Shown: one piece after another, positions 45,359 through 59,400 of the stretch | Numbering within the stretch: position 1 is the first letter of the stretch | Layout: each line of letters opens with the position of its first letter | Program-made: the position numbers and the translations under genes | NCBI GenBank assembly: GCA_964187785.1 | Contig: OZ076409.1 | Span: 43,836,001 to 43,900,000, forward strand | Source of the DNA: Amphiscolops sp. MND2022 | Lineage: Eukaryota | DNA: 64,000 bases | Direction: 5' to 3' | Notes under the pieces: generated by a model | Databases searched by the model: none | The model's input: the letters and a program-made list of their open reading frames with translations, nothing else | Told to the model about the DNA's origin: nothing

Positions 45359-48300
45359 TTTCAGTTTTTCTACATTCACAGTCGAATAAAGGGAAACTTG
45401 ATGTTCACAAAACTCAACCATACCGTTACCAAAGATGGCATTCTCAATTGAAGGTTGTACAGTATTAAATTAGCATAATAGATATTAGCTGATTATATAA
45501 GTAGTTCTGGGTTTTCGAAAGAAATTTGTTAACACTGCAGTGAATGAATGAAAATTCAATTTATTTTGCAAATGAATTTTGTGCTTCTCAGCACATTTAT
45601 TTTTATACAAATTGCCATTTTAGTTTTATCCAATTTGAATTGATTGTTATAAATTACAAAGTTTTTGAGTATACTTCAAGTTATTTATCATATTTCCAGA
45701 CAAAATCAAAAACCTGGAAATTTCATAGAGTTTTGAATGTACTGATATGGTCTACATGTCATTTCGAAGCACTGGAAAATACTTCATAAGTGCAAACACC
45801 AATTAGTTGCTATTTATTTTTTTGAAACACATCTGATGACTTGATAAGTTAGTTTAATTGGATGAACATGATTCTCGTTAATACAAGGAAATTGGATTAC
45901 TATCCAATTGAGATGGGAAAGGAGCTTAATAGCTCTTCGAGTTGCCACCCTTGACTGAAATATGACAACTTCGGTAAACTTGAAACGGTTTCTGAAATAG
46001 TAACGAGCTAAAAAAGCTGCATGTTTTGAATAAGTTTTGGATAAAAAGTTCATCGTTGAGATCAAGTGCGGATAACAAGTGGAACCCATTGGAACCAAAC
46101 ATGAACTGTTGCTATTTGTGAAGTTTTTCGAAGAAGAAATCTCGAAAATAAAAAAAATGCGCATATTAAGACACATGTTAAGACGCTGAAAAATCGCAAA
46201 ATGACAACCAAAATCAATTAGATGAAAGATCAAATACTTAAATACACAACCAGAAATTGAAATGTGACATTCATGGAACACCACGCATTTCATGGTTAAA
46301 AACTTAATCTTCCCGTTGAAATTCACGGCAAATTTCAAACAAGTCGGCGGCGTGCTAAAGGCTGAAAAATAGCAAAAGGACTTCAAAGCGTGAAGTATTC
46401 TCTTCCACAGTTCATCAAAAACCCAAAGGAGGACCGAACTGGTTCACCCTTTGCAAAGAGATCGATCGGGTTGCAAAATATAAGTAAGAGAAAATTGAAG
46501 GAGGCCCTTAAGTGAAATTACCAAATTTCCGAAAAAAGTCTTACAGTACAAAAAAATTGAAATGGGGACCCTCCAGTCTCGTCCGGTTTTGTGAGTTACG
46601 CTAAAAAAGGAACAATTATTATTGTGCAGTGCCCTGAACCAAATGGTACAATTTGGCCTATCACAAATTTGTAGAACTTTGTGGAACTGTTTTGGTCAGT
46701 TCGTATGGATTGAAAAAATCTCACTATTTTAGTCGCGTTTCACTTCATGTAGCGCCGACTGAAAATAGGATTTCACGGACTAACAAGACGAGAAGGACTC
46801 ATGTCGAAGCCCCGCTTAAGGCTCAGAAAGTGCAAAGTTTCAAATATGCTCAAAGTGGCTTCAAGCAAAATCTCAGGACTTTTAGAGAAATCTAAAGATC
46901 ACCCTGTAGCACCCAAAAATGATTTTTTTCTTTCTGGGTGAAATATTCCGAAAATACAAATTTGATGTTTTTTTTTCAAAACAATCTTTTTCCCCAAAAC
47001 TCTCGCGCAGAGCCGAAAAACTCAAAATCTTTAGGCTCTTTAAACGTTTTTTCTTAAGTTAAAACAGTGGGAAAATGGAGAGGGACCATTTAGTGAAATG
47101 AACCTTTCTCTGAAAAAAAGTCGCAGAGTGCCAAAAAATCTCATTGGTGAGGGGGGGGGTAACTTTTGCTAATTTTTAGCCTTGGCGATGTTTCACTGAA
47201 GTTACAATGAACAATTTGAAGATCAACATTTAGTGTGAGCAATGGTAAAAAAGAAAACTTGTCTCTGAAAGAGTGCGCCACTTTTGTATTTCAAAAAGCG
47301 TCGACTAAAAGTCACTTCTTCTACATTTTGTGTTCTTTACCTAAAGAACAGAGTTCTCACGATCGACGATTACATCTTTCACAAAGTATGAAAAAGTTTC
47401 TCACATTTGAGTTATACCAAAAATCTGCAGACTTTGTTGGGTTATCGTCTTAGTGATAACTGGCAAGAAAAAAGTTGTCATTGAGCGAAGTTTTTGCAGG
47501 AAAATTACCAAAAAGTAAGCTTCTTAATTTTGATTGTCATGCCATCTTGAATCAAAAATATGGAAGCACGATGATTTTGGAGAACGATTTTGATTGTTGT
47601 TTCGTAAACGTCCTATTCGATTGTCAACTCGGTGTGATCTTGCTATCAAGAAAATTTTGATAATCTAACGAAAATAACCAGTTAGATAATATAAATAGCT
47701 GGTGATAGTAATACAGTTTCTACTTTCTTCTAAAAGATAAACACACAACTGCTTGACCAAGAAATCAAGAATCTTTCTTAGTTTTCGTTGGCATTGACAT
47801 TGGTAATGGTTGCTTCTCTACGGCAGAGGCTTGAAGAGTTTAATCAGCTCCTCTTCTATCCTATTTGTGTGAAGATGTATTTGTTCATGTTCTTCACTTA
47901 TAATTTTTTCAATACACAAACAAATACACTTTCTTTCTTCTATCAAGTTTTTTTTTCTCAACAATATCATTTTCAGCCGACCTCGCTGTTTTTATCAAAA
48001 CCCCAATTATGTTTTGAATTCGCAATAATACTGAAATTGTATTGAAAATATTTTGGCTCTATTTCGAAATCACATGTTTTGAGAAACCATTTCGAAGTTC
48101 AATATCCAAAAACAAGTTCATACTCTACAAATTACTTTATTTCTGAAGTTCGAAATGTCCCATAGAACTTTTTATCAAAATTATTTTGAAATCAAATGAG
48201 TTGATGAAAAGTTCGGAAACATGAAATCGTTGTAGTAAGTTTAGCTCTGAGCCAGTAAAATGAGCCTGTGAGACCTTAATTAACCAATGAGGTTAGCTTA

Positions 48301-50637
48301 TTTGCTCTCTTTCCGCATGCTATTTTGCTTTTTTGCTAATATACTACTGTGTTTGAAACTGCAATTTCTGTATGTCTTGAAAACGCTTTTCACAAAAAAT
48401 AACCCAACCAAAAATTCAATAACAAAATTCTTATAAAAATTTTCAGAAAGGGAATTGTCAAAAACCGCAAACAAATTACAATTGACTTTTGGCCAGCAGT
48501 TTTTTTTCAGTAAAGTTTAAATTATTAATGAAGCAAACTAGGGACACCTGAAAAAATTGATTTTTTAAAAGTCGGAACTTGGGGAAATTCTGAAATTACA
48601 GAAAATGAAATCGTAGTGTAGATTTCGTCGGAAGCTTTTTTTTTGACGAATCGTGTAAAAGTTACGAAGCTCGAGTTGAATCAATAAACGAGAAGGACAT
48701 AAGTCTTTTGATAATGCTCAAAATTGTTTTCGTAAAAGGCCGAAAAATTAAAATGACCGTTTTTAACTTAAACTTGAGAAAAAAATTTTGGAATCAAATG
48801 CGAAACGAACTTTGAAAAGAATTCTAAATATTGAAAATTCTTTAAAGTTTGATTTGAAAAAAATAGTTGTACCAAAAAGGCCGCAGAAAATTTTAACACA
48901 GTGAACGTTATTTTGTTCTTTCATGGCGAAATTTTCTGCCAACCCACATCATAAATCTTGAGTTTTGGACAATTTTCAGTTGTTTCTGAAGATAGATGTC
49001 GAAAGAGCCAAATCAAACTCTGAGTTGATCCCAGTTTCTCCGATGTCTCATTTATCGAGAGTCCTAACAATCAAAATCACCAATTCTGCTTCTAATTATG
49101 ACCTAATATAATCGTAACTGACCGATGTGTTTTAATTTGTATAAGCAAACCGAATAGTGTGCTCTTAATCATTGCGAATATCACTTTCGGTTTCAGTTTC
49201 CAAATTGTTTTTTGAATTCAACCTCAGTACTTTCAATTTCAATATTTAGTTTCGTTTTCTGTTTGAATCTAACAAGAATTCACTTATGGCTTCTATGAAT
49301 GATGACATCACTTGAACGCTTACACCGCTGTCCTTATTTGCCGGTGGGTCACGGTATTAATTGCAGAGGGTCCAATTGAATTATTGAGGCAATAAACCTC
49401 CCCAAATTAGTCCCCGATAAAAAGGATGCATGAGTGTCAAAAAGGCGTGTATTGTACGGAAAGGGGATCTTTTTGAACGCTTACTGGAGTGAAGGTGGCA
49501 ATTCAACTTCCCATTTCAAGACGCCTCCCAAGCCCCATTAGGAAATTTCCAAGCTGGAAAAATGTCTAGATTTTTCATAACTGATCTACCTTCAATTCAA
49601 CCTCAGCCTATCAAGGGCTATAGCTAATATATACCTATTATAATAGCTGAACAACCAAATCGCTTCGTACCTGGAAAAATAGATTAAGGTTTTGCAGTCA
49701 AGTAAACTTTTTTCAATCCGCTAAATGAAAATGGCGAGTTCGATTGAGGTCACTCATTTCCAGGAAGCGCTTGTCCGAACGTGAACTTGCATTTCCAGTT
49801 AATTCGGAAAGTTTGAAAAGGTCAGTTGAGGCTGTAGCATGTACACTTTGATGAGAATTTTATTAAAAATTGATTGTCGGAGTTAAGTTTTGCATTGAAA
49901 AACAAGGGTTTCCTCTGCGTTTGAGCACCGTGCCGAACGTTTGAATCAGGTGCAAAAAAAATCAGCAGACTTAAATTTTATTATTTTGCGACCCACATTT
50001 TCAATGGGGGAGAAAAATCATCATCTGTGTTGCGTTTTTCCAAATTCTGCCAAAACTCCACTTTGTACAACTCCACTCCACTTACTCAGTCTCCCTGCTC
50101 AGCCTTCATCCTTCATACTGAGATGATAATATCTAAAGTAAAAATGGGATTAAGATCTAAAATTTCAGGACGGGAATAAGATCTAAAGGGAATAAGATCT
50201 AAAATCACTAAATTTTAGATCTTATTTAGATCCTTTTCCCCTCCCAAAATAGCTATGGCTCAAATGATGAAGGCGAAAAGGGAGGAAAATATCCCGGTGC
50301 TTAGCGGGCGTCTTGTTTTGTAATACTTGTTGACTTTCAATCATATTGCTTGGGAGAACGTAACTTGATCTTTTGGTCTAACGTAAAAACAAGGGTTTCC
50401 AAATTGACTATTAAATTATTCTAAACTACTGGAAATCTAAAGACACCAAAATATGCTACAAGTTACAAATTACTCATTTAAGTCTTTGCGTTTGCTTTAA
50501 AATAAGCGACTGCGTTCGCTTTCGAGCAATTCGTCCTGTTTCGTTCGAGGCGCGAATTACCTTCAATCCAGCTCAGTTGGGCAAAACATCGAAGCTGTGC
50601 TTCTGAAGACAACTCGCTCTTAATTTCGAACTCTTTC

Positions 50638-51268
50638 CTAACTCAGTTGTTCACCTCTCAGTTTCTGTCTCTGTGGCGGAATTGATTCACCAGCTTGAAT
50701 AAATCGTTCATCCAGGGGCTCGTGAGGGGGTATCGGGGGGAGAAAATCACGTGATTTTTGATCGCGCGTTGCCTGATCCGTGGATCCTCGTCTGGAACTG
50801 TCCCCACTTTCATTTACTTGCACGCACCGGCAAGTGACATTTTTCGGGAGACTTCCAAAGTCCGAGGAACAGTTGCTCTGCATTGACTCACGTCTTCTTT
50901 CGTTGATCGCCATCGGGGGGCTCAATTTTTTAGGTCTATCATCAAAGGAAACATGAATGTCTGAGAAACGTTTTTGATTGTTTTCCACATGGCTGTTTTC
51001 CTTTTCGGCTAATTTGTCCTGGTGTTCCAGAATGGATAAGAGAGCATAATTAATGGAGAAGCTGGAGCTTCTTTGTACTGGCAGACTTTGGCGACAAAAA
51101 GGGCATTTGGAGTTTTTCCTGCGGTTGCCAGATAGTCGACACAGCTTGTAGGAGCACTCCAGACATACAGAGTGACCGCAGGGTAGTACGCATGGGGTCT
51201 GGTTGCCGTCTGTCGAATACTCACAGAAACAAACCGGACAGTCATAGACACTGGGCATCTCCGTTTTC
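50638..51268 (-). CDS. Host RING-HC finger protein (E3 ligase-like), main exon
   Basis: CPVC...PCVLPCGHSVCLEC...CPFCR; splice acceptor TTTTTTCAG immediately upstream. Confidence 0.8.
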
Positions 51269-53841
51269 CTGAAAAAAATCTCAAATTTAGTTAACTTTCC
51301 ATTACAAATGAAATCTTTATGAAATTGAGAAATATTCTACAGCTTACAAATTGCACGACACTAAAATTGTGTCATTGGAATCAATTCTTTCCCAAGCGCT
51401 GCATCAACTATAACTAGCACAAAACTGAAATTAGTCTTCAACTTTTACTAAACGAGTTTCACTGAAAGTATGATTAAAAGTGCTTGTTATGGGCCCAATT
51501 GTTCTGAGCAATTGTCGAATATTGATTGACTTTGAAGCTTGGAACTATTGTAGAAAGTCTGACTGAATTGTTATTCAAAGTAAAAATTCACATCTTGGTT
51601 CACATCTGATTAGACTTGAAAACTCACCTTTCAGTGGAGGGCAGGAATGAAGTGGGTGCAATAGTTCTGTAATCTTCTGGAAACAATGATTTGATTCTGA
51701 TTCTGAAGATTTCAAGTCCGAAATGATCGTAGCAAGGATTCAACTCGAAGTCACAGAGAATTGGTTCTTTGCGTTTGCAGCTCTGATGCAGCCTAAATAA
51801 TACCATGTTATACCGGGGTTGAAGAAAGATTAAAACAATAGCTACACTAACTCCTATGTTTGACTTACAGATATCATTGTTTCATTGAAATTGATTTACA
51901 ACCAATCGAATTCTATCAGGACCATAAATTCGGTTTCTGAAAGAACTTTGAATTCTTAAATTTTAATGATGCGAAAATACAGATGTAGATGTTGATCAAA
52001 TTCGGAAATTCAATGGGTGATCAGATTATACTGATCAGATTAAAATCCGTAAGCTTTAGAACGCTACAGTGCTCCATTCAAAAGTTTGATTTAGGAAAAT
52101 AGTCTTGATTTCGTTGAGATTTTGCACCTATCACCGCGCTTGCAGCAATTTTTACCTCAAAATTTCCCGCAAGTTCAGCCTTTTTATATTTCAAAAGAAT
52201 TCCTTATCATCGACAACTGCATGAATAATGAGATAGTTGGTAAAATATCTCAAGATATAGTATAAGTTGGCAACTAACCAGCAATTAGATTGGTGACATT
52301 CCTGAGGCCTACTGGTTCCAAGACACAAGGTGAAGCATTTGCGCACCGAGGAGAAGGCTGAGCGGAAATGTCCCATTTTTCCAAAAAAGGAAATTGTTCG
52401 ATTGTTCACCTCTCTTCTATCCATAGCCCAATAAATCAGTTTCTTTCAGGTTGATGGCGATTGACCGAAAAGCAAACTTTGTTCACGTATCGGCAATTGA
52501 AGTTTTAGTAATCGTTTGAAATTGTTTGCAGCCAGAAGATGGTTATCAAATATCAAAGCTAGATAATCTTTGCAAAACTGGGTTGTTCGAATATTTATGG
52601 CAATTCTTTAAGTTCGATTTATTTGTATTCAATTGCAACAGAGATAATGTATTTGTGACAGCAGTGTGCATTTTATTATTCAACAATATTCCAATTCTAC
52701 CTGTCCGCAAGGACGTTTGGTCAGATTTTAGAGGTCTTTTGTAAAAATTCGTGGATATATAAAGCTAATGTCCAAAAGAGCAGTTTGTCATCGGATTAAG
52801 TTCGTTTTAGACAACAAGGTCATCTTCACAACATTCACATGTTTTGCACGTACAAAATTGACCAAAAATTACGTAACTTCTCGTTACGCGCTGAGAGTTA
52901 GAAACCAAATCAATCAATTTTTGATGACGTCACTTGCATGAACTTATCTTGAATGATATCAGTAGAGGTCATGGAGTTATTTTATACAAAAAAAATCACC
53001 TTTACACGTTCAACTATTTCAGTGCTAATGCGAGAGAAGTAATTGAATAGTCAGACGACCATAATTAATTCAATTGCAAGGTCGTATGAAATTGTAGAAA
53101 AAAAATGTTTTGCAATAGACACTTGAAATGAAAGGGCTGAATAATCTCGAATTCACTCAAGAGTAAAAAGTTTATTACATTCGTGAGTGCCCCAATTATG
53201 ATTTAATGCTTTTGAGATCGAGAAAAGACTGTTTTTATGAGCAATTTGACATGAGAGACGCAGTGTACCAAGATATTATTTTGAGTGAATTTTCAGCCGG
53301 CCTTTCATGAACTAAAATGCGACTATTATAGTGACTTTTTTTCATCCACGAACTGGCCAAAATAGTTCTTAAAGTTCTACGAAATATTGAACGATTTGGC
53401 CTAGCGAACTGAACCAAAAAGGTTTTTTTTCTTTTTCCGGGTAACATGCAATACCGGGAGAGACTAAAGGGCCCCCCTTTGGTTTTTTCGGCATTGTGAC
53501 ACTTTTTTCGAAAATTTTTTAATGTCTTCAAAGGACCTCCTTCAATTTTTAAAAATATTTTGCAACGGAATGGATGTTAAAAAATCTCAAAGGGCGCACC
53601 AGTTCGGTCCCCTTTGGGTTTTCCGGTACTGTGGAAGAGAATACTTGACAATTTGAAGTCCTTTTGCTATTTTTGAGTCTAAGATATGGCACCGACTTGG
53701 GCCGTTCCCGGCTCGTAAATAGTTCATTTCAACAGGAATGAAAGTCATTCAATTCACTTGATCACTTTCGAAAAAGCAATAATGGTCTTCTGTCGAATCA
53801 GATGTCTATTTACTTCGTTTTTTTCCACCATTTCATCGCTA

Positions 53842-54477
53842 CCCTGGTCGAGAAAAAGAAAACATATCTTGCAAGAATCTTGCAACACAATCATGGAAAA
53901 TGTGAAATACTTGCATCATCAAGAAAAATTTCTTGCAAGATTTACATCACTATGCAGACAAAAATTCTGCTGCAAGATGAGAAGTTTCTATGGCCATGAA
54001 CATAAAGTAATAAAATAGATACAAACCTCAAAACCAACTATTTTCATTTGGGATTTTAAACATCGCACAAAAAATTGTTTTTCAACGGCTCTGGTTCAAT
54101 TGTCACAGGAATTGCATCTATTTGTACCGGATGAACTCCAAACAAAATTTTCAGCATTGAACCTTTTCCGTTTTGAAGGGAATGACTGTTTCAATTGCCA
54201 AAATAATTTATGGAGGGGTAGCCTATGAAAAACAACCACCTTTCGAGGAGTTCAAGAGAAACGTCTCAGGTTCATTTTCTGATTCCATTCAAGATCTGAT
54301 TGATGTTTTTGGCCTCTGTAAAATGCTTTGTCGTTCGTACGACGATCAACGAGCTGGCAGCTGTTTGAACGTTGCAATATTCTTGCAAGAAATCGGCCAG
54401 GTTAATGCATTCAATTGCAAGATCTTGTAAGAACGTCTGCCAGAATCTTGCAAGATTTGTGTTTTTCCCAATCAGGG
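53842..54477. mobile_element. Non-autonomous TIR element (MITE-like), TA-flanked
   Basis: TA|CCCTG...CAGGG|TA with ~40-bp imperfect TIRs and repeated TCTTGCAAGA palindromes. Confidence 0.65.
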
Positions 54478-56499
54478 TAGACCATTCAGCACTTTCATGA
54501 GTTTGAAGTGTTTCCAACAAAACGTTTTGATTGCGCAGTTAAATACATGGATTCTTCAGCCCATTTTCAAAGCTTCCCCGATTATTATGGTTATTCGATG
54601 ATAAAGAAAGCCGTAATATTAATATTGTCGATTTGGTTCTTCAACTTTGTTTCGAACGAAAAACTCGGCTTTCCTTTTGCTTGCCCGGTACCTTGCATCC
54701 TCAAAACACCGATTTTTTTCATTTTCTTCGTCTTTCCCGATTCCCTCGGGTGATTTTTAAAATCTGTTCAGTGAAGTCGGTTCACAAAATTTTATTGCAC
54801 AATCGAGTTTCTTTGGAATGTTGTTGGTATATCTGCTTGCCGTAAAAGTGTAAAAGTGTCCGAACACCATTAAACTATCCTCCAATCAATCGAGAACGGC
54901 ATAATTCAGAGAGTCTTTTTGCGCTAGAACATTTTTTTGCTTGCATTTCAAAAATGCTAAACGCTTGTTTTCATGAGAGTTTGGAAGATCCACAGAGTCG
55001 AAAACAACCGCGCCTTTGAAAGTGTTTTTTTCTCACTGAAAAAAACTCTGATTGAGGATAAAATTTTGAACAAGAAGTCCGCTGACAAGCGGGATATTTT
55101 CCGCCTCGCACTGTTATACTACGACATGATTTTGAGGCTCAAAAATAGCCAATGAACTATCAAAGTGCAAAAACCTTGAGTAAAAGTTTTGAAAATTTTC
55201 GATTCATCTTACGCACTTTTTGAAAAACTCCTGATTTAAGAATACGCTAAATACCGAACTGTTTAGTTGTTGAAATAATTGAAAACCACTGCCTAACCTA
55301 ACATATATAGAAATAATTATATCCACAAAAAGTCACTTAAAAATTCAACATATGGAATTCTTTAGTTATTCTGACACTTTTGGGCCAATTTGACTGGCTT
55401 TTCAAACAAGAAACTGATCATATCACTTTCAAAATGCCTACTGGAAACCGGTTTCAGTCGATGGTGTATGTTTGCAATGTGTGCAATGTGTGAAAACTTG
55501 CATGAAAACGTCTTGTGCATGCATGAAAACACTTGATGAAATTTAGGAGTAATTCTAGTTTTTCCAACTTATAAAATTGCCAAAAACTCCTTCGAAAGCT
55601 GTACTGCATAGGTAGTTATTTCGTTCGGGCCCTATTAATGAAAAAATATTTACCAAAAACGTACGTTTTCGAAGTTTTCAAATAAAACGTGTAGATGTGT
55701 TAACAGTAGTCCAATTGTTTTTCCAAAAATCATACTCATATCTTCATGTTTTGACCCTGAGCCTATATATTTTCCAATAAAAGGAAAATGTCCGGTAATT
55801 GTCAAAAATTGGGAGTAAGTGTTCGAGAAACTTCGGAAAGTTTTACTGCTTTGATCTCAATTTACAGGAACTTAATCCCAGTTTCTTTCCACAAAGGCAT
55901 TTCGAATATCTTTTGGTTTCAACATTCAGGTCATCAAAAATTCTATGCACAAAAAATTTGTGAATTAAACAAACATCAGCTCTAGTTTGTCAAAAAACAG
56001 GACTTTGCCTTATGACTTTGGGATGTTTTTGGTGGCGATTCAAAAAAATGTTTTTCTTACCTTCAGGAACAAATACTGGTTACCGGGTACAGTCGGTAAT
56101 GAGTTTTCGAACTGTTGTATACCACGAAATTGCTCGAAAATTTTATTTAGAGTGCTGCATAAAAACCTTCCGTTTCAACAATTTGAAATTTTTGGAGTTA
56201 TTCTGAAGTACTTTTCGTCCAAAAAAGGGACCTATTTTTCAAGTGCGTACTGCGACATTAGTCGTATCGTTGAAATCTTTTCGAAACTTCTCACTCACGA
56301 ACCTTTTATTACTTCCAATGCGAAATCACCGATAATAGAAAACGAAAGTTTCGATATTTTCGACTTGTTTTTGGTCAAACTGAGGACTTTTGTAACAAGA
56401 AGTTGCACATGTTTCAAAAAGGTCACTTGCTAATTCTTTTTAAATGTTGAATGCTTATATTATACTAACACATGAACACTTGCGACAGCGTTAATGAAT

Positions 56500-59400
56500 T
56501 TGCAAACTAAAATTGTCAAATTGTCAAAATTTTGCAGTTTTTCGATTTTGTTTATTTGATCAATCAGTGTGGTATTGTTCTTCCTCGAACAATTCTGTCA
56601 GATTCACCAAATTTTGACAAAATATTGCACAAAAATGTAAAGTTGTGTCAAAAGCGATATTTTCGACTTTCAGATCAATTTGAGAAAATTCTGAAACAAG
56701 CAGGCACGACTCTGTTCGAGAAGCCTACTGGAGAAGCATATTAATCATCTTTGACTGTTTTCAACATTCCTGCTACGAAGTGTTCCACAAAGTTCACGAA
56801 AAAAAAACGAAGTTCTTCGATTATTTGTAGCATTTAAGTCATTCTGAACTCTTTTTGGACCAAATCACTGCAAGTTTCTTTTCCAAAAGGTGTACTGCAA
56901 AACTTGTTGTTTCGCCTTTGAACGTTTTGAGCCCTTTAACCCAATAAAACTCGGAACTTGTGGCAAAAATCTACAAAAATTGGAACCTTTTGGACTTATC
57001 GACATTCTCTTGTCAAAGAGGTACTTTATGAGGAAAAAACTAGTTCGTTCTTAACAAAAGCTTTGTTGACAACGAATTTCTTGTTTTAACCATCCTAATA
57101 CACGAATTAAAATGAAAGGTAAAAATAAAAACGTGAAATAAATGAAAATTTCGATTTTATGTTAATCTCGGTCTCGAAGTGAAGCTTTCTTATTGGAAAA
57201 TTGCATTTATTTCTTCAAAACACCCTTCTGCACAACATTATTTTTCTCTTTTGAAAATTTTAATATTCTAGGCCGCGAAGCCAGTAGAATTTTCTACGAA
57301 AAGCACAAAAAACGTGGATGCTGGAAATTTGTGGAATTTTTGTCTATTTGTGTCTCATTTTGAGGCATTTTCATTTCTTTTTCGAAAAACATCCTCGACA
57401 TAAAGTTAACCTTGTTGAATGTTTGTTCCTTTCTAAGCCACGAAGTGTATAGACAATTTGACAGAAATAGTATAAAAACCTGAAAAATTAGAATATTTTG
57501 TAATTTTTATTGATTTTGGTCTCAGTTTGCTGCCTTTTTCATCAAAAAACTGCTTTTGTATCTTCTAAAAAGCATCCCTGACAACGATTTGTTTTCGCAC
57601 GTTTTCAACATTCTAAGCCACGAAGAATATCGATAATTTGACAAAGATAACATGAAAACTTTTTAAAAAAAGGACATTTTCATGGAACTTCGGTCTCATT
57701 TTGCGGTCTTTTCCCCATAAAAAACTGCGTTTATTTCTTCCAAAAAGCCTCCTCGGTCTTACTTTTGTTTCCTTTCGAAGGTTTTTAACATTCGAAGCCA
57801 CGAAGTTCATCGAAAATTTGACAAAAAATAGAAACGTTAAAGAATAAAAACTTTACCAATTTTTGCAATTTTTAGGGTCAATTTTGTGTCATTCTTGGGT
57901 CTTTGGAGTCAAGCAAAAATTTCAGAAAATCTCAAAGAAATACATATTGCATGATACAAAATTTACGTCAGTTGAATTCTTTTAGTGGAACCCTTTAACT
58001 TGGATGTAAATTTGGAACATAGCACAATTTATTTTAAAAAAACAGTTTGGTTTAAATGTTTTTCTTTCCCATTTGGATGATGGGCGGAAAATAAAAACAA
58101 ATCGCGCGCTGCGAAGAAAAGCTATTGAGAAGGATCTTCTATCTCAAAAAAAGATAGATTTTTTTGGAATTTCATATTTTTGAAAAAAGTGCTTAGGGTC
58201 GAAAACGAATCCATTAATGGGTTGAAGCGCGAATACGTTCGATAAAAATTGAAAAAGAGAGGACATTTTGAATGATTTTTGAAATGTTCACCATTTTAGC
58301 CGACCTTCAAAACGATGAGTTGTTTCGTTCGGTTTCTTCTTGACAATTCTAAATTTTGTTTTAGTGACTCCTTCGTATTCCGTGTTTGTGGTCCAAAAAT
58401 TGTGCAACTGTCAGCTAGGTTTCTTGAGTCTCAAAAACTTTGACTGATTTATCTTTTTTCACCAATTATAATACGGGAGATGAAAAAAGTCTTCAGCTTC
58501 GTATTCTACTCAAAGTTTCAATTTTTTAAAATTTGTAGTGCTCTTGCAACGTTTTCTGGAAGTAGTAGTTGGATCGATCTTCAAAACAGGAGAATGCCAC
58601 GGTTCCAGTGGTATTTTCATTCATCGTGTCTTCTCTTGTGTCATCCTTTTCAAGCGAATCTTGAATCCTAAACTTTGGAACTGTTTAGATCTTCGCTGGT
58701 TGTTTTCTCTCATCCAATTGGTCTTTGAAATTGACTATCCAGTCTATCCTGTTTCATATTATTACCCAATTTACAAAAGATGTTCCACGGAAATTAAGTG
58801 CCATAAAAAGGGTTCGTAGAAGAAGTATATGTCGAGATTACTTGAACTTTATTGGAGAACTTGTCCACGAAAAGTTTATCGGAATTCTGCGACAGTGCTC
58901 CAAAAACGTCCGATTTTTTTAAAACATTGTTTTGCGAACGTTTTAAAAAAGAAAAGACCCACAAAGTTCCTCAACGGAGCAATTAGCTATACAACATGCG
59001 TTTTACAGCAGACGTTTCTCGTTTACTCATCAAAATGTCCTCGTGATGCCCTCAAAAAACCTCAGCAATTTCAGGTTTCAACCATTTTAGGCACTTTTCA
59101 CTGTTTTAGAATATTTTGTCAAACGAACATCCACAGAGTTCAAAAACAAGCTATTCAGTTATTCAGAATGCCTCTCATCAGAAAACTCCGATTAGGTTAG
59201 TAAGTCACTTCAAAATTATAGGTTCAAGCCGACCACTTCATAGTAGAATTAATACCGTAGTTTGTTATGAGGAGTATCGAGTATCATGATGAGGCACTTC
59301 TTCAGAATAGCTGAAATTCTTATTCGGGATGCACCCCGACTGTTCCATCTAATATATTTAGTTTTTTGATGACTGTCGCATGAGTATTCGGAGAGTTCAT

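Noticed and set aside
45814..46386. 190-aa minus-strand ORF and other 60-150-aa ORFs in 39.6-62.8 kb
   Set aside because: No recognisable motifs, F/K/L-biased composition typical of AT-rich repeats, and often non-ATG starts.
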